A stretch of 64,000 bases of DNA. It comes from Felis catus. Its lineage: Eukaryota. Shown here in pieces: positions 51,011-62,442 of this stretch; position 1 is the first letter of the stretch; every line of letters begins with the position of its first letter. Under the pieces are notes generated by a model. It made no database searches, was not told where the DNA came from, and saw only the letters and a list, made by a program, of their open reading frames with translations. Position numbers and translations under genes: made by a program. The stretch is from contig NC_058377.1 of NCBI RefSeq assembly GCF_018350175.1, forward strand, positions 100,750,001-100,814,000. The letters are read 5' to 3'.

Positions 51011-51961
51011 ATGGGCACGGAAAACTGCTCCGGTGTGACCGAGTTCATTCTCCTCGGATTCTCAGAAGCCCCTGAGTTGAGAGTCGCCCTCTTCTCTGTG
51101 TTCCTTCTCAGCTATGGAGTCACGGTGCTGGGCAACCTGGGCATGATGGCAGTGATTCAGGTCAGCTGTCACCTTCACACTCCCATGTACTTTTTCCTCA
51201 GCCACTTGTCCTTTGTGGACTTTTGCTACTCCACTGTCATCGTGCCAAATGTGCTGTCCAGTATCTTAAACAAGGGCAAAGCCATCTCCTTCCTGGGATG
51301 CATGGTGCAATTCTATTTCTTTTGTGCCTATGCAATCACTGAGGTCTTCCTTTTGGCTGTGATGGCCTATGACCGCTTTGTGGCCATCTGGAACCCACTG
51401 CTGTACACGGTCACCATGTCACAGAATCTTTGTGTGGAGCTGGTGTCTTGTTGCTACCTGTGTGGGATGGTGTGCTCTCTGATCCACTTGTGTTTAGCTC
51501 TGGAGATCCCATCCTGCACATCAAATGTGATTGGCCACTTCTTCTGCGATCTGCCCCCTCTCTTATCCCTTGCTTGCTCTGATGTGACTATGAATGAACT
51601 GCTGCTGTACATCGTGGCCACCTTCAATGAGATCACCACCATCGTGATCATCCTCACCTCCTACTTGCTAATTCTCATCACCATCCTGAGGATGCACTCT
51701 GCCGAGGGAAGGCGCAAAGCCTTTTCCACCTGTGCCTCCCACCTCACAGCCATCCTTGTCTTCCACGGAACAATCCTTTTCACTTACTGCCGGCCCAGTT
51801 CTGGCAACAGTGTGGATACTGACAAGGTGGCCACGGTGTTCTACACTGTAGTGATTCCCATGCTCAACCCCCTCATCTATAGCCTCCAGAACAAGGATGT
51901 GAAGGAAGCACTCAAGAAAGTGTTGGGATCTAGATTACCTTTTGAAAAACTATTTTCTTAA
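51011..51961 (+). CDS. Olfactory receptor, OR5L-like (G6), 316 aa
   Basis: ORF 50879-51961; likely start aacATGG at 51011 (MGTENCS). 5' flank shared with G2, C-terminus and 3' flank shared with G4. Confidence 0.92.
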   Translation: MGTENCSGVTEFILLGFSEAPELRVALFSVFLLSYGVTVLGNLGMMAVIQVSCHLHTPMYFFLSHLSFVDFCYSTVIVPNVLSSILNKGKAISFLGCMVQFYFFCAYAITEVFLLAVMAYDRFVAIWNPLLYTVTMSQNLCVELVSCCYLCGMVCSLIHLCLALEIPSCTSNVIGHFFCDLPPLLSLACSDVTMNELLLYIVATFNEITTIVIILTSYLLILITILRMHSAEGRRKAFSTCASHLTAILVFHGTILFTYCRPSSGNSVDTDKVATVFYTVVIPMLNPLIYSLQNKDVKEALKKVLGSRLPFEKLFS

Positions 51962-52414
51962 CTAGACATCAGATATTTAATGAGGGGCTGGTTTTGGGTG
52001 GATGTGAATGAAAAGTAAAGTAGGTAAAAATTTTATGAGTTGGGGGACTATGCATGCTTTTTTGTTTTCCACTTGCTTGTCTTATTAAGCCATATATTAT
52101 CTGTTTTATGGATGATTCAAATGCACCTGGTAATGTTGCTGCTCTCTCCAATCTCTAATTGCTTTGAGTGGGTTTGGGAGGCCTTGTTAGACTCTGTTTC
52201 TTGGCTTGAGAACAAATCAATATATTTCTAACAAAGTGCACATAGAAAGACAAGTCTTTTCATCATCGTTAAAGCATGCAACCTTTTCCATTAGACTAAT
52301 TTTTCTAGGGAATGCACACACATCTGTCTCATAACCTATGTATTTTAGTGAACATTTGGAGTAAATTTCTGTGTAATATTTTTAGTCATTTTTTAGAAGT
52401 TTTAAAGTTTCTTT

Positions 52415-52653
52415 TAAGGGTATTAAGAAGCACAAAGTTCCAGTCATAAAATTTAAGTCATGGGATGAAAAGTACAGCATAGGAAATACAGTCAATAATT
52501 TGTAATAATGTTGTGTGGTAACAGATGATAACCAAACCTACCATGGTGACGCTTGTGTAATGTATGGAATTGTTGAATCAGTATGTTGTACCCCTGAAAA
52601 TAATATAACATTGTATGTCAAGTATACTTCAATAAAATAAGAAGTTAAAAAAA
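52415..52653 (+). mobile_element. Old L1 3'UTR fragment
   Basis: gtcatgggatgaaaagtacagcatagg..tgtacccctgaaa..aataaa and A tail. Confidence 0.7.
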
Positions 52654-52977
52654 CTGTCTCTTCTACAAAATAGAGACAATACTATAATTTTCTGATAAAA
52701 TTTTCATGAAAATTAAATTATGTCTCTTAAATTATTAGCATTATATATGATATATTATAAATGATTAATAAAATATTTGCTGATATTACTATGGTTATTT
52801 TTAGTTTTACCTTTTATTCTCCATTCTATATTTTAATCCTTGATTAGATAAGTAGATTATGTATCTGATGCCTTACTTTTCTTCAGTTTCTGTGTTCTTA
52901 CTAATGTTTTCTTTTGCCTGATATTATTTTAGGCATTTACTCTTTTTTCAAATCTATTATATCCTAAACCTATTGAT

Positions 52978-53277
52978 TGCATTGGTTTCCCATGGCTTCT
53001 GGGAAAAAAAAAAGAAAGAGGACTATAAATTTGGTGGGTTCAAACAATAGACTTTATCCTCTTATAGGTTGTGAGGGCAGAACTTTGACATCACTGTTAC
53101 TGGGCCAACATCAAGGTGCCAAGAAAGCCATATACCTTTAGGAGCTTCTTGGGGACAATGCTTTCCTCAACTCTTGCAGTTTCTGGTGGCCGCAAGCATT
53201 CTTTGACTTGGGGTTGTACTACTTCAACCTTCAAGGCTGGTATCTTCAATTATCTTTGCTCTCTATCTTTATTAGTC

Positions 53278-53322
<45 letters not shown>

Positions 53323-53487
53323 AAAGAGACTGACTCTCTGAGGTCACCTGTGAAGGCATTTACAGCCCACTCAGGTAATCAGGGATAATCTCCTCATCTC
53401 AAAATCCTTAGCCTAATCACATCTGCAAATGACCTTCTCCCAAACAAGGTGGCATGTGCAGGTCCCAGGGATTAGAGCTTGACATAT
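52978..53487 (-). mobile_element. MLT1-type LTR with internal (TG)n at 53279-53319
   Basis: Reversed MLT1 hallmarks gataatctcctcatctcaaaatcctta, aatcacatctgcaaa, ccagggattag. Confidence 0.7.
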
Positions 53488-54134
53488 TAAAAAAAATGTC
53501 CATTTTCAAATTTCAGACATCCACCTTTTAAAGGCCAAAGTATAATGTACTTTTCCTGTGTTCCTACAATGTTAACACTCCCTTTGTTTTCTTACTTTCT
53601 TAAGATTTCATTTTATATTTGTTATTGACTATATTTTTATTGGACTTGCTAATTTAAACATAATATAGGTGTTTGTTGCTTAAGTGAAATAGGATGGAGC
53701 CAATTTCGATCCTGAAGAGTGATTTTGAGGAAGATGCTTAATCTTGCTTAACCTTGAGTCTCTCAAATATAAACTGAAGACAAGTTGCCTGACTCAGAGT
53801 TATCACTGAACTTAAACATAATAACAAAACTGCAAAGATCTGGCTCATAAAATGTACTCCTAATGCTTCTTAAAAAGATATCCTTGAGGGTAAGAGTTAC
53901 TTAGAAATATCCCAGTATTCCTGGCAAAGACAGCTACTCATTATTTCTTTGTAATTGATGAATACATAATGACCAAAAATGGAGTTATATATTGTGTGTA
54001 TGATAAAAATATGGCTCTATATTGCTTTTTAAATGTTGTAAATGGAGTGAGATTTCCCACCTCACCCATGAGACTTGGGTTTTAAGATAAAGGTAAGAGA
54101 AAAACATCTTTCACCTTTTGTCTTCCAACCAGAA

Positions 54135-54335
54135 CAGGGTTTCTCCACGTTGGCACTATTGGCCTTTCTCTCTAGATAATTCTGTGCTATAGGGGTCTGG
54201 TCTGTATATTATGGGATGTTTTGCAGCATCCCTGACCTCTACTCATTGGTTACCTTTACCACCCTTCCCTACCTTTGTAATAGACAAAAAGTCTCCCAAC
54301 ATTGTCCAATTTCACCTAGAGAGACAGCCACTTGA
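54135..54335 (+). mobile_element. MER20-like relic
   Basis: cagggtttctc..ggcactattg..gataattct..cagcatccctgacctctactca. Confidence 0.65.
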
Positions 54336-54636
54336 GCCAGGAGTCACGGGACTAGCAGGCTTCAGTATGTAAGAGCTCCAGTCTCTTCAGAGGGACCCTC
54401 GATATTGAGCTTTTGTGTGTTTAAAAAGCCTTTTTGGTTAGCCAGAAGCTCACATTTTACCCAGTTACTACTCTGATCTCTCTTCAGAATCTGCAATGTT
54501 CCTTTCAGAGACCTTGGGTTTTAGGGTCTCAGACACACAGAATAGCTTTAATCTGGGCTTGAATAGTTACTGGTCTCCATATCCTACTAAGACACAGGTG
54601 CAATTTTCATATGGAGAAGCTGATTATTTCGTTTTA

Positions 54637-54660
54637 AGAAAGAAAGACAGAAAGAAAGAG

Positions 54661-54707
<47 letters not shown>

Positions 54708-54715
54708 AAAAGAAA
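54637..54715. repeat. (GAAA)n microsatellite
   Basis: Direct observation. Confidence 0.9.
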
Positions 54716-55450
54716 ATCTCATTTACATTCAGCTTCACAAAAAAATTTAAATATCAGGTTTCTTTTTCCCTCCCAAGGTTACTTCATAGATAACATCCAC
54801 AATTGTCTGGGAATAATTGAGAAACACTGAGTGCTCCTCAAATATCTGAAAAGCAACTACACAAAAGTTTCTTTTTCTATTTCTTTAAGTGGTTTTGTTT
54901 TATTCGTATAATCTGATCACTCCCTTACTTGCAAACTATAGGAGTTGATATGTAATTCTCATTCTCTTACTATTTGCATCTCAATTTTCCGGTGGGGACC
55001 CAAACTCTCCTATTCTTAGTTGGCCTCTGTCTTTGCAAAGTTGATTTGCAACTCTCTTGGGAGCTTTTCAGGTATAATTTGAGGCCAGCGCCATTATTTG
55101 GAGGGCAGGGAGAGACCAGAAGGAAAAGGCAGGTCACTCCAGGTTGATAGGTACCAGTTTTAATTAACAAAGGGAACTTATATATGAAGCTTGTCTTGGA
55201 CAGTAGCAAGACAAAATGGGTCCCCGCACCCACCCACCAAATCTTAAAAGTTTATAAAAAGATCCTAACTGGGTTCAGTCACATTTACCATGCAGGTGTT
55301 CTTAATACCACATCATTAACTCAAGGCTAGGTCTTTGGAGCAGCCTCTGGGAGTGGGAAAGGCAGGCAAGACATACATTTCAAGGACAAGGGAGGGGGTG
55401 AGGAGCCTCTAAGTACCTGAGTCTAACTCATCAGTCATTCAGCAGTCACG

Positions 55451-56519
55451 TTTTTTGTTGTTGTTTTTAATTAATTAATTAATTAACTAATTAATTAAAA
55501 ATTAATTAACTAATCAGTTAATTAATATCCAAGTTAGCATATAATGCAATAATGATTTCAGGAGTAGATTCCAGTGATTCATTCCCTATGTATAACACCC
55601 AGTGCTCATCCCAAGTGTCTTGCTTAATGCCCTTTGCCCATTCAGCCCATCCCCCCACCCACAACTCCTCCAGCAACCCTGTTTGTTCTCTGTATTTAAA
55701 AGTCTCTTATGTTCTGTTCCTCTCCTTGTTTTTATATTATTTTTACTTCCCTTCCTTTATGTTCATCTGTAATGTATCTTAAATTCCATGTATGAGTGAA
55801 GTCATATATTTGTCTTTCTCTGACTAATTTCCCTTAACATAATACCCTCTAGTTCCATCCACTCAGTTGCAAATGGCAAGATTTCATTCATTCATTCCCG
55901 AGTAATACTCCATTGTATATATATACCACATCTTTATCCATTCATCCATCGATGGGCATTTGGGCTCTTTCCATACTTTGGCTATTGTCGATAGCACTGC
56001 TATAAACTTTGGGACTCATGTGCCCCTTTGAAACTGCACACCTGTATCCATTGGATAAATACCTNNNNNNNNNNNNNNNNNNNNNNNNNNNNNNNNNNNN
56101 NNNNNNNNNNNNNNNNNNNNNNNNNNNNNNNNNNNNNNNNNNNNNNNNNNNNNNNNNNNNNNNNNNNNNNNNNNNNNNNNNNNNNNNNNNNNNNNNNNNN
56201 NNNNNNNNNNNNNNNNNNNNNNNNNNNNNNNNNNNNNNNNNNNNNNNNNNNNNNNNNNNNNNNNNNNNNNNNNNNNNNNNNNNNNNNNNNNNNNNNNNNN
56301 NNNNNNNNNNNNNNNNNNNNNNNNNNNNNNNNNNNNNNNNNNNNNNNNNNNNNNNNNNNNNNNNNNNNNNNNNNNNNNNNNNNNNNNNNNNNNNNNNNNN
56401 TGTTTTGTGAGTGTTAAGTTTGATAAATGTATTGGATATTTCATTTGTGAATATCTTCTCCCATTTCATAGGTTGCCTTTTACTTTTGCTGATTGTTTCC
56501 TTTGCTGTGCAGAAGCTTT
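55451..56519 (-). mobile_element. L1 3' fragment spanning an assembly gap; tail decayed to (TTAA)n
   Basis: Reversed 3'UTR and ORF2 end (FCTAKETI, RQPMKWEKIF); probably inserted in an LTR-like element (~55100-55450 plus 56520-56547). Confidence 0.8.
56065..56400. other. Assembly gap (336 N)
   Basis: N run. Confidence 1.
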
Positions 56520-57320
56520 CACATCTTTTTGATGATGTTCCCCAGCATTCAGCCAATGGGATTTGAGGAAGTGTTAATGGCCAGTAATCAAGAGATGCAG
56601 TGACTGCTTTCTGAGTGGATTGGTTCGCGTGAGTGGTTAGTGAGCTAATAACTTAACTGAGGTTCTGTTAGAAATGGAGCTTCTTTTTGTTGATATAAAT
56701 CTTCTGGGCATATAGAAGTTCAAAGCTGCTTATAGTTCTCTTTGCCAAAATACCAAGATGTATATATACAGATCTAGCCTTATCTTTCTTCATGAGGCAA
56801 CACATTCTTTCTAAATCTCATTTTCAGGTCTACAATTATGCCGCACACTTTCCAAACTTTGTGTAATTGTTTATGTTGTTTCTTTTATCATCTCTTACTC
56901 ACTATTCTGTAATTGACAAAATTCTTAAATGTGCAGTTCAAGTTATCTTTCTTCTTTCTGTTTTGTACCCAAAACACTGTCTGGTACACATATTTACAGA
57001 GTAGATGCATTTATTAAAGAAAGATTCTCTGAGCTATTCTGGCCTTGGATGGCCAGAATCTCACTTGCACATAGATGCACACTTAGCACATATCAGAGTC
57101 ATTAACTTCAGTCATAATTGGTTTTCCACTGACATTTGACTTTTAGGGTCTTCTAATTTTCAACAGCTAGATAGAAATATTTTTGCTTCTTTCCAGTTTA
57201 TTCTACCATCCTATCACATAGAATAATACTCTGATAGCTGTTTGATAAATTGCTTTGAGCTGGTAAAATCAGACGAAAAATAACGTAATCTAATTTTATA
57301 TAAGAATCTATCATTTCATC

Positions 57321-57545
57321 GGGACGCCTGGGTGGCTCAGTCAGTTGAGCGCCTGACTTCGGCTCAGGTTATGATCTCGCAGTCTGTGAGTTCAAGCCCC
57401 GTGTCTGCTCTGTGCTGATAGCTCAGAGCCTGGAGCCTGCTTTGGATTCTGTGTCTCCTTCTCTCTCTGCCCCCACCCCCCCCACCCCCCCGCTCATGCT
57501 CTATCTCTGTCAAAAATAAATAAACATTTTTAAAAATTAAAAAAA
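57321..57545 (+). mobile_element. CAN-SINE
   Basis: TSD aatcta[t/c]catttca. Confidence 0.88.
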
Positions 57546-57664
57546 TAATAATCTACCATTTCAAAACTAAAAAATATAGTTTTCTTTGAGACATCTTCAA
57601 GTTATAGAAAAACACATTACATCATTTCATTTTGTGTTTTTGAGTTAAACAATTCCTCAGTAGA

Positions 57665-58012
57665 ACTGTTTAATTGCTCACGTATCTTTTCCCACTGGGA
57701 TTTGGATATCAGAGTGTGTATTCCTGGGATCCTAAATGAGATCTGAAAGCTAATCTCAGAAGACTCAAGGCAAAATATAAAAGGTGTTGCATTATCCTAA
57801 GGAAACACTGCCTTCCTAAGGGAGGCCCAGATTTCTTATATGGACATAAAAGGCCTGCACACATGGATTATGGAAAATCTTGCAATGGATTGTTTTTTTA
57901 ATATTGTCAAACTGTCAATAACTGTCAAAGCTGATTTTTCCAGTGAAAAATGAACTGATGCTGACAACAGAGTAGTAAGGTAAATGAAAGAAAGATAGTG
58001 ATCTGGTAAGTG
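57665..58012 (+). promoter_or_regulatory. Candidate OR promoter or enhancer with no OR CDS downstream in the window
   Basis: TAATTG plus clustered O/E-like sites (tcccactggga, ttcctggga, ctcaagg, tcctaagga, ttcctaaggga), TATAAAA at 57776 and donor-like gtaagt at 58006. Confidence 0.45.
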
Positions 58013-58126
58013 TTCTTCACATAATCCTGGGACATCAGAGTTGGGCAGGATTTCAAGTGCTCATCTTCATAAAATCGTTTATTTTACACACAGAAAACTG
58101 ATGTTTTGAGAAGACACATGCTTATA

Positions 58127-58338
58127 ATTTTTTAAAATGTTTTATTTATTTTTGAGACAGAAAGACACAGAGTATGAACGGGGAAGGGGCAGAGAGACAG
58201 GGAGACACAGAATCCAAAGCAGGCTCCAGACTCTGAACTGTCAGCACAGAGCCTGATGCGGGCCTCAACCCCACGAACTGTGAGATCACGACCTGAGCCA
58301 AAGTCGGATGTTTAGCTGACTGAGCCACTGAGGTGCCC
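58127..58338 (-). mobile_element. CAN-SINE
   Basis: TSD gagaagacac[a/c]tgctta. Confidence 0.88.
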
Positions 58339-59695
58339 AGAGAAGACACCTGCTTAGAATAACACAGGTTTTATTTCTCAAGGTATTTCCAGCAAAAGCA
58401 ACATTACCACCACCACCGACAACAAAAAAATCACATTTAATAGATGATATTCTTAAGACAATCTTCAGCATTATTGGACTCTGATTAGAAACCTAACTAT
58501 AAACACAGCTCTCATTGCTTCTTATTTTTTTTAAGTTGAGCAGACTGAAGTATAAATTGAGGCTAATGCATTTGTAGGTCATACTATTTATTCTATCCTG
58601 TAGTCATGTGTTCATACGAACAATTGTCAATACACAGGTGACAGGACTGGGGTAGGATTAGGGGAGTGGCTTTGAGGCAACAGAAAAATGCTTTACAAAG
58701 TTAGTGACTAGCGCTCAATATAGAGCTTTGACTGTCAGAATATACTATTTTACTAAACTCTTTTTGAAGCCCCCAATTTCATCCTCACCTACCAATTGCA
58801 TTGAAGAGCAGATTTTTTGGTTCCTCTTTGTACGCTTCTGACTCTTTTATATCTTCCATTCCTTTCCCCTTCTATTGTTCCATTTGACATTTATATTTCC
58901 TTTCCTGAAAGTCTTTTTAATCTGAATGTATATAACATCCTTGAAAGATCATTGTAAGCAAATATTCTCTATAAAAATTAATTTCTTCATTACCTTTGAT
59001 TCTGTGATTAGAAATAAAGGATTTGGTAGCAAATAAGTCCAGCAAAAAGTGGTTCTTCTCCATGGCTCAGACCCCCAACCTTATTTTAGCATTGGCCTTA
59101 AAGATGAGCCTCTTTTTTTCATGCCTACTTTTTGGTAGTCATTCTTCATAGATACCAAAAGAGGGCATGACATAACAAAGAAGCATTTCATCCACGTTTG
59201 CCTTTCTAGCCACTGGCTCTAATTTTATCCCTTTTGCCTTCACAGTGGTGGCCATTGTTCCACTTTTAGGTCAATTGACAATCTTATCTCTCATATTTGT
59301 AGACAGGAACAGATGAGCTGTCATTCAATGAGAGTTGATATTTTCTAAGGAGGATGCCATATGTATTTCAGGAAGGGAGAACTCCAAAGAGTTGACTAGT
59401 AGCTCAGAGATAGCACTTTCTCCAATTAACACTTTTTTTTTTAAAACAAAGTGTTTGGAGTGAGATACAGTATATGAGATAAAAATGGGAATATATGTGA
59501 ACACTGAAGGTATTTCAATGCTGAGCTTGTAGGGGACAAGGAATATTTAAGTGTAGGAAGAAGACTACGTAACACAAAATCTATTTTATACAGGTAATTC
59601 TTACAGTGGCTTATGAATTCATTTTGTAGCGTGTTTGAAAGTAGAATGAGAATTGATCGGAGAAAATGAGGCCAATTAAGAAGTTCAACTGAGGA

Positions 59696-59921
59696 GGGGC
59701 GCCTGGGTGGCGCAGTCGGTTAAGCGTCCGACTTCAGCCAGGTCACGATCTCGCGGTCCGGGAGTTCGAGCCCCGCGTCAGGCTCTGGGCTGATGGCTCA
59801 GAGCCTGGAGCCTGTTTCCAATTCTGTGTCTCCCTCTCTCTCTGGCCCTCCCCCGTTCATGCTCTGTCTCTCTCTGTCCCAAAAATAAGTAAACGTTGAA
59901 AAAAAAAAAAAAAAAAAAAAA
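59696..59921 (+). mobile_element. Very young SINEC_Fc
   Basis: Perfect 18-bp TSD aagaagttcaactgagga, pure ~24-nt A tail, intact CpGs. Confidence 0.95.
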
Positions 59922-59994
59922 AAGAAGTTCAACTGAGGAAATTGAGGGATGACATTACATAATGGAGTGTCGATGATAAGAAGGAAACGTTTCT

Positions 59995-60219
59995 GGGGCA
60001 CCTGGGTGGCTCAGTCGGTTGAGCATCCAAATTTGGCTCAGGTCGTGAGCCCATGGTCTGTTCGTTTGAGCCCTGCATCCAGCTCAGTGCTGACAGCTCA
60101 GAGCCTGGAACCTTCTTCAGATTCTGTGTCTAGTACTCTCTCTGCCCCTCTGCCATTCGCCCTCTGTCTCTGTCTCTCTCTCAAAAATAAATAAACATTA
60201 AATTTTATTTTTAAAAAAA
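59995..60219 (+). mobile_element. CAN-SINE
   Basis: TSD aagaaggaaac[g/a]tt. Confidence 0.88.
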
Positions 60220-60678
60220 GAAGGAAACATTGGATATTTGCCACGTTTTGCAGATTGTATCAATGGTTCTTCTCTGGCTTTGGGTAAGAGGAGGTATCTT
60301 ACTTGGACTAGCAGTGGAAGTGGCAGATATATATTCAAGACAGGAATCAGAATAGTCATATGTTGTAGGAAACAATAGTAATTAAATATAGTTTTTGGCA
60401 CACTGAAATGTACATGTGACTCTTTGTTAGGTCACTCTGAGTCGGACAGATGCTCATGTGAAAGTTATCACTGTCTACTTGGTACTGTAAGGAAAGGCAC
60501 AGAATTATGTTGGGAGAGTGTACATAGCGAGGAGAGAAGTAGGTTGAGAAGGAAGCCCTAGGAAAGTGCCACTGTGCATGAAGGAGGCTGAATAGGGGCA
60601 AGTTGACATTAGGAATGAAATCAAGAGAGGCGTACAAAAGCCAAGAGAGGAAGGTATTTTAAGATGAAAGGAGAGGTT

Positions 60679-60873
60679 GGGGCACCTGGGTAGCTCAGCA
60701 GGTTGAGTGTCTGCCATTAGGTCAGGTCGTGATATCACAGTTTGTGAGTTTAAGCCCTGCATCAGGCTCTCTGCTGTCAGTGCAGAGCCCACTTCAGATC
60801 CTCTGTCCCCCTCGCTCTCTACCCCTCCCCCACTCACACTCTATCAAAAATGAATAAACATGATTTAAAAAAA
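60679..60873 (+). mobile_element. CAN-SINE
   Basis: TSD gaaaggaga; sits in a decayed L2-like tract (~59600-61150). Confidence 0.85.
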
Positions 60874-61567
60874 GAAGAAAGGAGACGTCAAAGCTATTAC
60901 ATGAAATAGAGAAATAAATTTCATTACCTACTGAAAAATCTTTGACTTTGACAAATAGGACGTAGTTTGGAATTGAAACAAAAAGGGTTTTAAGTCATTG
61001 GGATAAAAATCCTATGTGAGTAGGCTGAAGTGAGAAAGTAGAAACCAGTGTAGATGTTTATAAGAAAACCTTGAAATAAGATGAAAGAAAATAAACGGAA
61101 GTAGATAGAGTAATATTTTTAAAGGTGACACTGACTTCAACGTTATGTGATGCAAGGTTATGAAGTAAAGATTAGTAGTAATGGGATAAGTATCTTAACT
61201 GATGCAGACATCAGAACTGGGTGCACAGTTGAAAGGATTAACCTCAGAAAATGTGCGGGCATGATATTCCATGAAAGGAAAAGAAAGGAGAGAGGAAGCC
61301 ATCGATGAATCCAAATGCTTATATCATGACTTGATGAGAAAGTTAAGCATATACTTCCTTGCTATCGGATCTTTTTCTCTACAAGACAGAAATCATTTTC
61401 TGGTAGTGAGAAGAAGAGACCCAAAAAGAGAATGAGACCTAAAAAGAATTATGAAGGTTTGCAATAGAGATTAAATGAAGGAAATAACTGTATGCTATGA
61501 AAAGTTAAACAACAATTTTATGAATGATATATACATATATGTAAATATAACTTAAAATCGTGACTTT

Positions 61568-62442
61568 TAGCCTAACACCTTCCAGTTCCATCCACGTTGT
61601 TGCAAATGGCAGGATTTCAGTCTTTCTCATTGCCAAGTAGTATTCCATTGTTTATATGTCCCACATCTTCTTCATCCATTCATCAGTTGATGGGCTTTTA
61701 GGCTCTTTTCATAATTTGGCTATTGTTCAAAGTGCTGCTATAAACATTAGGGTACATATGCCCCTATGAGTCAGCACTCCTGTAGCCTTTGGATAAATTC
61801 CTAGTAGTGCTATTGCTGGGTCATATGGTAGATCTATTTTCAATTTTTTGAGGAAGCTCCACACTGTTTTCCAGAGTGGCTGCACCAGTTTGCATTCCCA
61901 CCAATGGTGCAAGAGGGTTCCTGTTTCTCCACATCCTTGCCAAAATCTGTTGTTTCCTTAGATGTTAATTTTATCCACTCTGACTAGTTTGAGGTAGTAT
62001 CTTAATGTGGTTTTGATTTGTATTTCCCTGATGATGAGTGATGTTGAACATCTTTTCATGTGTCTGTTGGCTATGTGGATGTCTTCTTTGGAAAAGATTA
62101 TTATTTTTTTTCAGTCAGAGAAAGACAGATATCATATGTTTTAACTCCTATGTGGAATCTGAGAAACTTAACAGAAGACCATGAGGGAAGGGAAGGAGAA
62201 AAAATAGTTCCAAACAGAGAGGGACACAAACCATAAGAGGCTCTTAAATACAGAGAACAAACTGAGGGTTTATAGCCAGGGGGGTTGAAGGAGAGGGGAA
62301 AATGGATGGTGGGCATTGAGGAGGGCACTTGCTGGGATAAGCACTAGGTGTTGTACGTAAGTGATGAATCATGGGAATCTACCCCCAAAACCGAGAACAT
62401 GCTGTATACCCGGTATGTTAGCTAACTTGATGATATATTAAC
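61568..62442 (+). mobile_element. 5'-inverted (twin-primed) L1 fragment
   Basis: Reversed ORF2 end ~61568-62096, then forward 3' end ~62111-62442; TSD aaat[c/t]gtgacttt. Confidence 0.88.

Larger units (their letters stand above)
40911..52127. repeat. Older tandem segmental duplication, unit 2
   Basis: Begins where the G4 3' flank (..aaatacacc) switches to sequence homologous to 4891; ends at caaatgcacct. Confidence 0.88.

Noticed and set aside
55467-55526. (TTAA)n array resembling multimerised homeodomain sites
   Set aside because: It lies at the reversed L1 tail and is best explained as a tail-derived microsatellite.
55942-56556. Long ORFs containing X runs (also 63505-63969)
   Set aside because: Artefacts of translating through N gaps.
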